A stretch of 29,352 bases of DNA, from positions 1 to 29,352 of the forward strand of contig JAYTHY010000084.1 in assembly GCA_043732185.1 (NCBI GenBank). Direction: 5' to 3'. Positions 1 to 8,061 of this stretch are shown here, one piece after another. This stretch comes from Fibrobacteria bacterium (GTDB taxonomy: Bacteria; Fibrobacterota; Fibrobacteria; UBA11236). The notes under the pieces are model-generated. The model worked only from the letters and a program-made list of their open reading frames with translations, did not search any database and was not told the origin of the DNA. Numbering within the stretch: position 1 is the stretch's first letter; the number at the start of each line of letters is the position of its first letter. The translations under genes were made by a program, and so were the position numbers.

Positions 1-552
1 ACAACAAGTTCCATCAGTACGCTGTGTTTTCAAACCGTTAAGGGTAACCTACAAGTGACTAAATTGGCTAAAAATACCCACTCGATCGCCCGAAGAGCCT
101 TGATTTTGGACAGGTGTAATGGCACGACTGAAATGGGAAGCGCCCCCAAAAATGCAGTAAAAGCTGCTGATGGTGGTGACGTTGCCGATATTGCCCGCAC
201 CCATCGGGCTCCAATAGTAGATGCAGCTATTTCTGTCAATCACACCCGAACACCAAAAATCATGGTTTTGAAACAAGTGAAGCGCCCGGGCCTGCTTGCC
301 ACACACAAACCACCCGCTCTCGCCATTTCAGGACCATCAGGAATCAAAGTTTCCTTGAACGACTCCGGAGAACGAATTGCCCCCAGCCCCAAGGGTGGCT
401 GGAATCTGGAACCGGGCTTACTCAATGTAACCCTCACGTTACCCGGTAATGCGCGGCCGATCAATTCCTCCCTTTTCCTTTTCGCGGACACGTTATATAC
501 ACTGCGAGTGGATGCCGATGGCGGATTTTCCGTTTCCCGCGAGCGTCGTTGA
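1..552 (+). CDS. 5'-truncated protein; low-complexity linker followed by a C-terminal PEGA-like beta domain (possibly the tail of a Ser/Thr kinase)
   Basis: Frame 1 is open from base 1 to TGA at 550-552. The C-terminus (LAISGPSGIKVSLND...WNLEPGLLNVTLTLP) resembles a PEGA pattern. The stop overlaps the next ATG (TGATG). Kinase identity is inferred from context only. Confidence 0.55.
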   Translation, partial: TTSSISTLCFQTVKGNLQVTKLAKNTHSIARRALILDRCNGTTEMGSAPKNAVKAADGGDVADIARTHRAPIVDAAISVNHTRTPKIMVLKQVKRPGLLATHKPPALAISGPSGIKVSLNDSGERIAPSPKGGWNLEPGLLNVTLTLPGNARPINSSLFLFADTLYTLRVDADGGFSVSRERR

Positions 553-1358
553 TGTTCAAATTCGGTCTGTTCCTGATGCTGGTTTTGGCCTGCGCGTCCC
601 ACAAGTCACACGCCGAGCCGCAAGGAAAATCAAATCTCAATCTGGCGATCACTCTCTATCAGCAAGGGCTCTATGATTCGTCCTTGCACCAATTAGAAAC
701 CCTCGCGCGAGAAAGTCAAAGTAAGCGCCGGGACTCCATTTGTATTGTCCAGTACTTGGGAATGGCATCTGCAATACTTGGCATGGACTCGACTGCCACG
801 GTTTACTTCTCAAAGCTGTTGGAACTGGACAGCCTGTTTCAATTTCCAAAGAATGAAGACACACGCATCCTGAGTAATTTCCAAAAGGCTCAGGAAATGC
901 TCGTCGTCCATCAAGATGCGGTACCCTTGTTAGAACCCATAGAGCCTTTGGGGCCCATAGAGCCCAAACAAAAACTTGCTCCAATTGCCGCCCTAACTTC
1001 GGTAACGCAACCCAAGGAATTATCGCCGGATTCCAGTATCCGATCCGATGTGCTCATCACCCGGGTTAGCAAGACTGGAAAAATCGGCCTAACCTATGGG
1101 GCTTGGCCGCTGGGCGCTGGCTGGATAGTCAAAAAGCAGGTAAGACCAGGGTTGGGATTGGGTGCTCTGCAAGCTACTGGTTTGGCCCTCTCTGTCTATG
1201 CGTCTTTTATACAAAGTCGGGGCCAGGGCGACGGCTTTGGGGTCAGAGACGAGCGAGAACGGGTCACTATGGAAAAATGGCAGTGGACCCAGCGCATCGC
1301 CCTCTCAACGGCTTTAGGTGCCTATATTTTCTCCCTAATCGCGTCTGTGGGAGATTGA
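552..1358 (+). CDS. Exported/membrane protein with N-terminal TPR-like helices and C-terminal hydrophobic segments
   Basis: Signal peptide (MFKFGLFLMLVLACASHKSHA); TPR-like LAITLYQQGLYDSSLHQLE and YLGMASAILG...YFSKLLELD; Pro-rich linker; hydrophobic C-terminal segments (GLGLGALQATGLALSVYASFI, IALSTALGAYIFSLIASV). ATG 552 is coupled to the upstream TGA. Confidence 0.7.
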   Translation: MFKFGLFLMLVLACASHKSHAEPQGKSNLNLAITLYQQGLYDSSLHQLETLARESQSKRRDSICIVQYLGMASAILGMDSTATVYFSKLLELDSLFQFPKNEDTRILSNFQKAQEMLVVHQDAVPLLEPIEPLGPIEPKQKLAPIAALTSVTQPKELSPDSSIRSDVLITRVSKTGKIGLTYGAWPLGAGWIVKKQVRPGLGLGALQATGLALSVYASFIQSRGQGDGFGVRDERERVTMEKWQWTQRIALSTALGAYIFSLIASVGD

Positions 1359-1360
1359 GT

Positions 1361-3286
1361 ATGTCCAATTTGGGAATCGACGCCCAACTCATTTGGGAAA
1401 CCGGGGGGCGTTTGCCCTTTTCGCTTACCAAGGTGATCGTCACCCTGGGACGCAATGAGGCAAATGACATTTTCCTGGATGATCCGAAAGTTTCCTCCTT
1501 CCATGCAAACATTCTCAACCGAGAAGACGGATTTCACCTCCTGGATTTGAAAAGCCGCAACGGAACCCTCGTGAACGGCAAACCAGTGACCAACTGCGCT
1601 CTCAAGGAAGGCGACCTGATTCATTTTGGCGACATTGCAATGCGATTTCAAATGCAATCGCTTTTTCCAAAAAGCCAGATTCCCTTGGCCCGCTTGAACC
1701 AGAAGATTCATACCATGGCCATTCAAGTACCGGGCTTCCAAAAGGAAGCGGAAGAGATTCTAAAAGAAGTCGCGCGGCATCAGGAATTCTTAAAGGCTTT
1801 AGTGGTTTCCACCAGCGCGCTAGCCGAGTCCCGCACTCTGCCCCAATTTTCCGATAAGCTGGCTGAAATCTTGACTCGGAAACTGGAATGTCGATCGATT
1901 TCCCTCTCTGCCGAGAAGATGGAAGCTCTGCCGAAATGGCTGTCCTTGCAAACCGGTACTTGGAATGCGGAATTCGGATCCGAAGCCCGTGCAAACTCTA
2001 CGGGTAGTGGGCGCTATTTAAAAATAGCCCGGACAACTAGCTCCTTTACCGTACAACTCGCCTTCGAAACCAATCCTGCCTACGGATGGATCTGCTTTCA
2101 AGCCGATGGAGTCGCGCAATCCCCCAGTGAGGAAACGCTTGATCTACTAGAGATGATTCTGCTTTTTTCCGCCGTCCTATGGCGTAACTTACAGGATATC
2201 GAAGATCTGCACCACAAGGAAACTGGAAAACTGCTGCAGGAGAAGGACAATGAGAGCCGCGACCGGATCGAAGGCTTGGAGAGAAAAAATCGCGAGCTTG
2301 ATGATTTTCTGAACCAGATGAGAAACAATTTGGTTTTCGCTGAAGGCGGACCCATGGAAAAAGTCCAGGTCCTCGCAAAAAAATTGGCCACCGTGGATTT
2401 ACCCGTTCTCATCACTGGTGAGACTGGCACTGGTAAAACGTATATTGCCCAGCTTATCCATCATGCCGGGACCCGGTCCAGCAAACCCTTTGTGGTCGTC
2501 GACTGCGCCACTTTGCCCGCCAACCTTATCGAGAGTGAACTTTTCGGCCATGAGAAAGGCGCGTTTACGGGCGCGATGGTACGCAAGCCAGGAAAAGTGG
2601 AAGGCTGCGTGGGTGGGACTTTATTTCTCGACGAAATTGGCGACCTTCCCATGGAATTACAAGGCAAATTGCTGCGTTTTGTGCAGGAAGGCAAGTTCGA
2701 AAGACTGGGCGGAAATGAAACAATGCATGTCGATGTCCGCATAGTTGCTGCGACCAATTATAATCTGGAAGAACGGGTTCGCCTTGGCCGTTTCCGCCAA
2801 GATCTCTTTTATCGCCTGCACGTGCTCCCACTACAGATGCCGGCCCTTCGCGATCGACCCGCCGATATTCCAGTCCTGGCACGCCACTTTATCCAAAAGC
2901 ATTTCGGCCATACTCATTGGTCCTTTTCATCGGATGCTCTCCATGCCATTCGAAATCACACTTGGCCTGGAAATGTCCGAGAACTGGAAAACAAATTGCA
3001 ACGAGCTTGGCTTTTTCATGTGGGCAATGTCGTCAGCGCCGCCGATCTCGGTTTTGAAAGTGCCACACAAGAGCCTTTAACTTCGGCTGGATTGGAAGGC
3101 ACCTTCGAGAATAAGACCCTAGAGCAGTACCGGGAAGGTTACGAATCCTCGCTGCTACGGACCTGTCTTAAACATTTCAAAGGCAATATCACCAAATGCG
3201 CTGAACATTTGCAAATATCCCGAAATACCTGCAAGAGCATGCTACGAAAATACCGATTGCTTCAAGATGATGAGGATGAGGGGTGA
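1361..3286 (+). CDS. FHA-domain sigma54-dependent transcriptional activator (FHA - uncharacterised/GAF-like region - AAA+ - Fis HTH)
   Basis: FHA signature TLGRNEANDI..VSSFHA..DLKSRNGTLVNG; Walker A GETGTGKT; ESELFGHEKGAFTGA; Walker B LFLDEIG; RQDLFYRL; WPGNVRELEN; C-terminal HTH (GNITKCAEHLQISRNT). Start moved from 1103 to ATG 1361 (GGGAG upstream, 2 nt after the previous stop). Confidence 0.92.
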   Translation: MSNLGIDAQLIWETGGRLPFSLTKVIVTLGRNEANDIFLDDPKVSSFHANILNREDGFHLLDLKSRNGTLVNGKPVTNCALKEGDLIHFGDIAMRFQMQSLFPKSQIPLARLNQKIHTMAIQVPGFQKEAEEILKEVARHQEFLKALVVSTSALAESRTLPQFSDKLAEILTRKLECRSISLSAEKMEALPKWLSLQTGTWNAEFGSEARANSTGSGRYLKIARTTSSFTVQLAFETNPAYGWICFQADGVAQSPSEETLDLLEMILLFSAVLWRNLQDIEDLHHKETGKLLQEKDNESRDRIEGLERKNRELDDFLNQMRNNLVFAEGGPMEKVQVLAKKLATVDLPVLITGETGTGKTYIAQLIHHAGTRSSKPFVVVDCATLPANLIESELFGHEKGAFTGAMVRKPGKVEGCVGGTLFLDEIGDLPMELQGKLLRFVQEGKFERLGGNETMHVDVRIVAATNYNLEERVRLGRFRQDLFYRLHVLPLQMPALRDRPADIPVLARHFIQKHFGHTHWSFSSDALHAIRNHTWPGNVRELENKLQRAWLFHVGNVVSAADLGFESATQEPLTSAGLEGTFENKTLEQYREGYESSLLRTCLKHFKGNITKCAEHLQISRNTCKSMLRKYRLLQDDEDEG

Positions 3287-4956
3287 AATCTGGCTGGACA
3301 TTTGTCATCGGTTTGGCGGCAATGCTATTGGCCGGTGGATGCGATTATTGGACCAATCTGGTTGATGGCAAAAAAATTACCCAGGTGGCACTCACGATCA
3401 GGGTTAAGGACGCGTTGACGGGCGAGCCCCTTCCCTATTCGGTTTGTGAAGATGCTTCTCGGGGACTGGCTTTTCCTCTCGATGATATGGGATCGTTCAA
3501 AGATCCGAGCGCCTCAACAGGTAGTTATTCCATGGTATGCCGCATGAGTGGATACTATGATGCCAAGGTCGATTTTAATGTGGACAAGAATGGCGCTCCC
3601 ATCACGGCTTCACTGGCTCGACTAGGCGGTCAAGATTGGTATCCAGAAGAATTGTTTCCCCAAATGGATAGTCTCCGCGTGCACATTTCTCTGATAGGAA
3701 ACCTACGCGTTCCCGGAAAAATGATTTTTCGAGCCTCACCCTTCCTTGCCTCAGGAGAAATTCGTTATCGTTGGAAATCCTCCCTATACCCCCAGCTAAA
3801 CCGGGATTGGTCCAATGCAGCATCGGGCAATCCCGATTTTACTGTCGCTCTCAAATCACTCCCCTCCGATGAAAATTTGGATACCATTTACCTCTATGTC
3901 CGATCTCGATTAGGCGGACATCCAGAATATGACGTGGACTCATTTTCAATCACAGTCAATTGGGTTCGCAACCGTTTACCTGTATGGACGCCCCTAATCC
4001 CGCCTATAACAATCACGCGAGTAGGTTGTACAGTAGTGGACACCACCAAAAGGTTCAGTGTGTTTTATAACGTCAGTGACCCGGACGGGGATAGGCCTTG
4101 CACCGTCTATTTCTCCAGCATAGATGCTTCATCCGCCTTAGGATTGGTAAATAGCAATCAACCCTGCGGGCTGGTGTCTGTCAATTTTCCCATTTTAGAT
4201 CCCTTCTTTACTCTCCCACAAGATTCGAAAGCTTCACTCCAAGACACAAGTTTACTTTACATGAAAGTGGTGGATGCCAACGGACAATCGCGAGACACTA
4301 CCTTTAGATTGATCACCTATCCCAATGTCCAACCCACCAGTAAAATCGTCAAACTTGACACCCTACCCATCCATTATAGTGGCAAGGAAATGAAATTCCA
4401 GTTTTTGGGTTCTGTTCCGGAAGGCGGTCTGAATAGACTCATCATAAATTGGGGTGACAACAGCCTTGGCCTGGATCTGGACCTTGACCGGAACTATCCC
4501 CTTTACAATTCCTTCGACAATACTTTTGGGCATAGGTATCTGGATTCAGGCAGTTATCAGGTTTCCTCCCGCATTTACGATGCCTGTGGCTTCTACGCGA
4601 GCTATGCGTTGCCACTGATTCATGTCCAAGCCAATCATCTACCCGAACTGAGGAGCATGGATACTTTAGGCTACCATTTACAGGGCATCACTCCTGTCTA
4701 TCGCATCCAACTTGCCGTTTTCGACGCGGATCTAGAGTCGCGACAAGACTCCGTGAGGGTAGTTGTTATTTGGGGCGAAGGACTTGCCGACACACTCAAG
4801 GTAACTGCTAGCACTGTTAACCAAAAACAAATATTGGACCATTACTATGCCAAGCCACCGCCAGATACCTATGTCGATCTCTATCATTTGTCGGTAACCG
4901 TAACGGACGCCAATGATGGCATAGCGATATCAAAGTTTGATATACGACCCTATTAA
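3283..4956 (+). CDS. Lipoprotein with a carboxypeptidase-regulatory-like domain and PKD/Ig-like repeats
   Basis: GTG start overlaps the previous TGA, with GAGG upstream. Lipobox LAGGC; VKDALTGEPLP motif; PKD-like INWGDN...HRYLDSGSYQVS and VIWGEG...HYYAK...VTVTD. Confidence 0.75.
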   Translation: MKSGWTFVIGLAAMLLAGGCDYWTNLVDGKKITQVALTIRVKDALTGEPLPYSVCEDASRGLAFPLDDMGSFKDPSASTGSYSMVCRMSGYYDAKVDFNVDKNGAPITASLARLGGQDWYPEELFPQMDSLRVHISLIGNLRVPGKMIFRASPFLASGEIRYRWKSSLYPQLNRDWSNAASGNPDFTVALKSLPSDENLDTIYLYVRSRLGGHPEYDVDSFSITVNWVRNRLPVWTPLIPPITITRVGCTVVDTTKRFSVFYNVSDPDGDRPCTVYFSSIDASSALGLVNSNQPCGLVSVNFPILDPFFTLPQDSKASLQDTSLLYMKVVDANGQSRDTTFRLITYPNVQPTSKIVKLDTLPIHYSGKEMKFQFLGSVPEGGLNRLIINWGDNSLGLDLDLDRNYPLYNSFDNTFGHRYLDSGSYQVSSRIYDACGFYASYALPLIHVQANHLPELRSMDTLGYHLQGITPVYRIQLAVFDADLESRQDSVRVVVIWGEGLADTLKVTASTVNQKQILDHYYAKPPPDTYVDLYHLSVTVTDANDGIAISKFDIRPY

Positions 4957-5750
4957 AGTCCAGACTCTAGGCGCAATCGCTCCACCCATTCAGGTTCAAG
5001 ATTTCGCACCTCGCCGGGTTTGAGATCGCCCAATTCCAAAGTGCCGATAGACACACGAACCAGTCGTTTGACCTTATACCCCAGCGCATGAAACATCCTA
5101 CGAATCTGACGGTTACGGCCTTCGTGAATAACCACGCGATGCCAACCTTGGCCCTCTCCTTCAACTTTAGCAGGCAATGTCACACGGCCCTCAAGCAATA
5201 TGCCGGTTCGAAATTGTTCCAATTGATCCGGAAATGGCTGGCGATCCAATTTGACTCGATAGGTTTTTTCAACATGGAAATCGGGATCGGTCAGTAGGTT
5301 GGCCCATTCCCCATCATCGGTCATCAACAGCAACCCTTCTGACTCCAAGTCCAATCGCCCAACCGGGAAAATCCAAGCCTCCCGTTTCCCCTTATCTGCA
5401 TGCATTTCGGTTTGGGAATCTGCGTGAGATTGATACTCCAGGGGAAGTAAATCATAAACTGTCTTCCGACCCAGTTCATCTTTGCGGGTGGTCACGTAAC
5501 CGGCAGGTTTATGGACTAGTAGATAAACGTGAACGCGAGGCGTCTTGTCCGTCGACGGGATTCCAAGTGTTGCCTGGTCCACTTCAATACTATCGGTGCC
5601 AATTTCGACCCAAAAATCCGGTGCAACTGCCACTTCGCCATTGACGCGAATGCGCCCGGCCAAAATCCACCCGTCCGCAACTGTGCGCGAGCAAATGCCA
5701 AGCTTTGAAAGGGCCCGATTCAGGTGGGTGCGTTTTGGGTTTGCCAGCAT
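4953..5750 (-). CDS. rRNA pseudouridine synthase, RsuA/RluB/RluE/RluF family
   Basis: N-terminal S4 domain (LNRALSKLGICSRTVADGWILAGRIRVNG), HKPAGYVTT, catalytic PVGRLDLESEGLLLMTDDG, EKTYRV, EGRNRQIRRM. Confidence 0.93.
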   Translation of the reverse strand: MLANPKRTHLNRALSKLGICSRTVADGWILAGRIRVNGEVAVAPDFWVEIGTDSIEVDQATLGIPSTDKTPRVHVYLLVHKPAGYVTTRKDELGRKTVYDLLPLEYQSHADSQTEMHADKGKREAWIFPVGRLDLESEGLLLMTDDGEWANLLTDPDFHVEKTYRVKLDRQPFPDQLEQFRTGILLEGRVTLPAKVEGEGQGWHRVVIHEGRNRQIRRMFHALGYKVKRLVRVSIGTLELGDLKPGEVRNLEPEWVERLRLESGL

Positions 5751-6451
5751 TTTTCCACATATTCTTTCAGCTTGAGATAGGCGCCCTTGCCTTCACCAAG
5801 ACCACGGCAGTCGATGGCAGGAAATAGTTGCAAACTTACGGGAACCCGATTTTTTTTAGATGTTCCTTTTCGATTTTCACCAGCCTCTCGGCTGCCTTGG
5901 ATCAACACCGGTAAAATGATGGCATCGGCGAACATGGCCAATCGGAACCCACCCTGTTTGAGCGGCAAGAACGCGCCATTTTTGCTTCTCGTGCCCTCTG
6001 GAAAGACTACCAAAGGTTGTGAACCCATTTTCAATGCGGCTTGCTGCAAAACCTGGTGCGCGCTCCGCCCATCCGATCGGTCAATAAAAACACAGCCAAC
6101 CTGGGTCATAAAATAACCCAGCATTGGGACAGACGCTAGCTCACGCTTGGCTACAAATCCGGTGCGTCGATTCATGACGACAACCAGAGACGGAATATCC
6201 AGTTGGCTCTGGTGATTGCACATGATCACCAGTTTCCGATTTTCTTGTCCCATCCTGCCAGGGTCCGGAATATGCTCGGTCCCCAAAACGGAAAGGTCGA
6301 TATCGAAAACACGCAGAACATACGCCGACCAATCACGATAATCTTGATCGAGTAAGCCGTTCTGATCTTTTGCATGCGTCAAACGCCGCCAGGTAAATTG
6401 GATTAGGCATACGAACATAAACCAGGAAACCTTAAAAATTCTTAGGTACAT
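5720..6451 (-). CDS. plsC: 1-acyl-sn-glycerol-3-phosphate acyltransferase
   Basis: NHQSQLD (HX4D), FVAKREL, FIDRS and VFPEGTRS motifs; AAGGGAG Shine-Dalgarno upstream. Confidence 0.9.
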   Translation of the reverse strand: MYLRIFKVSWFMFVCLIQFTWRRLTHAKDQNGLLDQDYRDWSAYVLRVFDIDLSVLGTEHIPDPGRMGQENRKLVIMCNHQSQLDIPSLVVVMNRRTGFVAKRELASVPMLGYFMTQVGCVFIDRSDGRSAHQVLQQAALKMGSQPLVVFPEGTRSKNGAFLPLKQGGFRLAMFADAIILPVLIQGSREAGENRKGTSKKNRVPVSLQLFPAIDCRGLGEGKGAYLKLKEYVEKCWQTQNAPT

Positions 6452-6456
6452 GGGTG

Positions 6457-8034
6457 TTACTCCCTTCTTAAGAAACGGCGTAGTAAAGTGAAAATCCGTC
6501 CCTGCAAAAAAGGACTGATATCGGCTGAAATTGCTTTACCCCGTAAAATACGATGCCGGGTTGCGCACAAATAGAGAAAGCGCCGAGCCCGTGTCACACC
6601 TACATAAAAAATTCGTTGCTCTTCGGCCAGTCGATCCGGCGGCATGGATTCGCCGCGGCGGCGGTAAGGCAGAATTCCATCTTCAAGTCCCACGAAAAAA
6701 ACGGCCTGGTACTCCAGGCCCTTGGCGCCATGCACGGTGCTCAGCACTACTTCGGCAGCGGCATCACTACCCACCAGACGTTCCAGCAAAGATCGATAAT
6801 AGGATTCGAGCACATTTAATCGATACAGAATCGCAATATCGCTCCAGGCCAAGCCCTCTTTTCGGTGGAGACGCAGGATTTCATCCCCGAGCCAGCGCGC
6901 CTGATCCGCACCTGAGCTGTGAATAATTTTTCGAACTGGCGCTGGCCGTCTCCCACCCGCAACTTTTCCACCCGCCACCAGCCGCTTTCTAAGCGAATGT
7001 GCCTTACTCCAAAACACCGAGTTGGCATACTTAACGATGGCAGGGGTAGAGCGGTAGTTGGTTTCAAGTTTGATGATTTGCATGCCTGGAAAACTGTCTA
7101 ACGCTGCGCGAATATTACCGGGATCAGCGCCACGAAAACCATATATCGCTTGATCGTCATCGCCCACTAAAAAGAGGTTCCGGCTTTTCCCCATCAATAC
7201 ACGGACTAATTCAAGTTGATCACGTGAGGTGTCCTGAAATTCATCCACAAGCAAATGGGAAGTCCGCGCCTGAAAATCGGCTAATACCTGAGGAAAATCT
7301 TGGAACAAACGTAAGGCCAAGGCCACCATATCCTCGAATCCAATGAATCCGCTCTTCAGAAGATGGGATCGAAATCGGTTTCGAATTTCATTTCGCACTT
7401 GCGAGTTCTCTTCGTCAGTCATGGGCTGATCGGCATTAATCGATACTGGATTTTCAGTAAAGGGGTTATCCAGCCATCCTTCCAATACCTGCACGGATGT
7501 TTTTATGTCCATGGTTCGCCGCATTCCACTTAGCCAGGTGTGTCTCGCCGCTGAATCCATAAGCATAGGACTCTGTTCAAACCCAAGGCGTTTCCAATTT
7601 GCCATTCCATTGCCTTCTGCCCTTATCATTCTATAGGCAAATGCATGGAATGTCCCAATCTGGGGAAAGGGTGGAATGGGCGGAAAGGGCGAAAGCGGCG
7701 CATCGGAATCCAACAAAGTCCGCAGTCGGCCTTCCATCTCCAGTGCCGCATCTTTGGTGAAAGTTAGGGCGAGGATGCCACGCGGACCTTCCGCCTTTGT
7801 TGACTTTTCCCTCTGCTGCCGACAGAGTCGGGCAATTCGACGGGTGAGTACCGTTGTTTTTCCCGATCCTGCTCCGGCCAAGACAAGTACAGCTCCATTA
7901 CGATGGTCAAATTCTACCGCGGCAACTTGTTGTGCATTGAGCCCGTCGGACCCATGGGAAAAAGTCCGCGATGGTGCCTTGCTTTCATTATCATGGTAGC
8001 GTATACTTGCCTTGATTTCTTGAGCGCGCACCAT
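6457..8034 (-). CDS. uvrD: UvrD/PcrA/Rep-family SF1A DNA helicase, short form apparently lacking subdomain 2B
   Basis: Q motif LNAQQVAAV; I AGAGSGKT; Ia LTFTKDAA; TFHAF; II DEFQD; III VGDDDQAIYGFRGA; IV NYRS; IVa AILYR; V TVHGAKGLEY; VI YVGVTRARR. Start is uncertain (ATG 8034 or GTG 8061). Confidence 0.9.
   Translation of the reverse strand: MVRAQEIKASIRYHDNESKAPSRTFSHGSDGLNAQQVAAVEFDHRNGAVLVLAGAGSGKTTVLTRRIARLCRQQREKSTKAEGPRGILALTFTKDAALEMEGRLRTLLDSDAPLSPFPPIPPFPQIGTFHAFAYRMIRAEGNGMANWKRLGFEQSPMLMDSAARHTWLSGMRRTMDIKTSVQVLEGWLDNPFTENPVSINADQPMTDEENSQVRNEIRNRFRSHLLKSGFIGFEDMVALALRLFQDFPQVLADFQARTSHLLVDEFQDTSRDQLELVRVLMGKSRNLFLVGDDDQAIYGFRGADPGNIRAALDSFPGMQIIKLETNYRSTPAIVKYANSVFWSKAHSLRKRLVAGGKVAGGRRPAPVRKIIHSSGADQARWLGDEILRLHRKEGLAWSDIAILYRLNVLESYYRSLLERLVGSDAAAEVVLSTVHGAKGLEYQAVFFVGLEDGILPYRRRGESMPPDRLAEEQRIFYVGVTRARRFLYLCATRHRILRGKAISADISPFLQGRIFTLLRRFLRRE
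7979..8007 (+). promoter_or_regulatory. Putative sigma70 promoter for the response regulator gene
   Basis: TTGCTT (7979-7984), 17 nt spacer, TATACT (8002-8007); 54 nt upstream of ATG 8062. Confidence 0.55.
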
Positions 8035-8061
8035 TTGAAATCTAGTCAAAAGCCGGGACAC

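Noticed and set aside
1103..1360. N-terminal extension of the 727-aa ORF
   Set aside because: It overlaps the upstream gene by over 250 nt and is not protein-like; ATG 1361 has a Shine-Dalgarno and immediately precedes the FHA domain.
7903..8061. N-terminal extension of the response regulator ORF
   Set aside because: It is antisense to the helicase and contains the predicted promoter; the receiver domain starts cleanly at ATG 8062.
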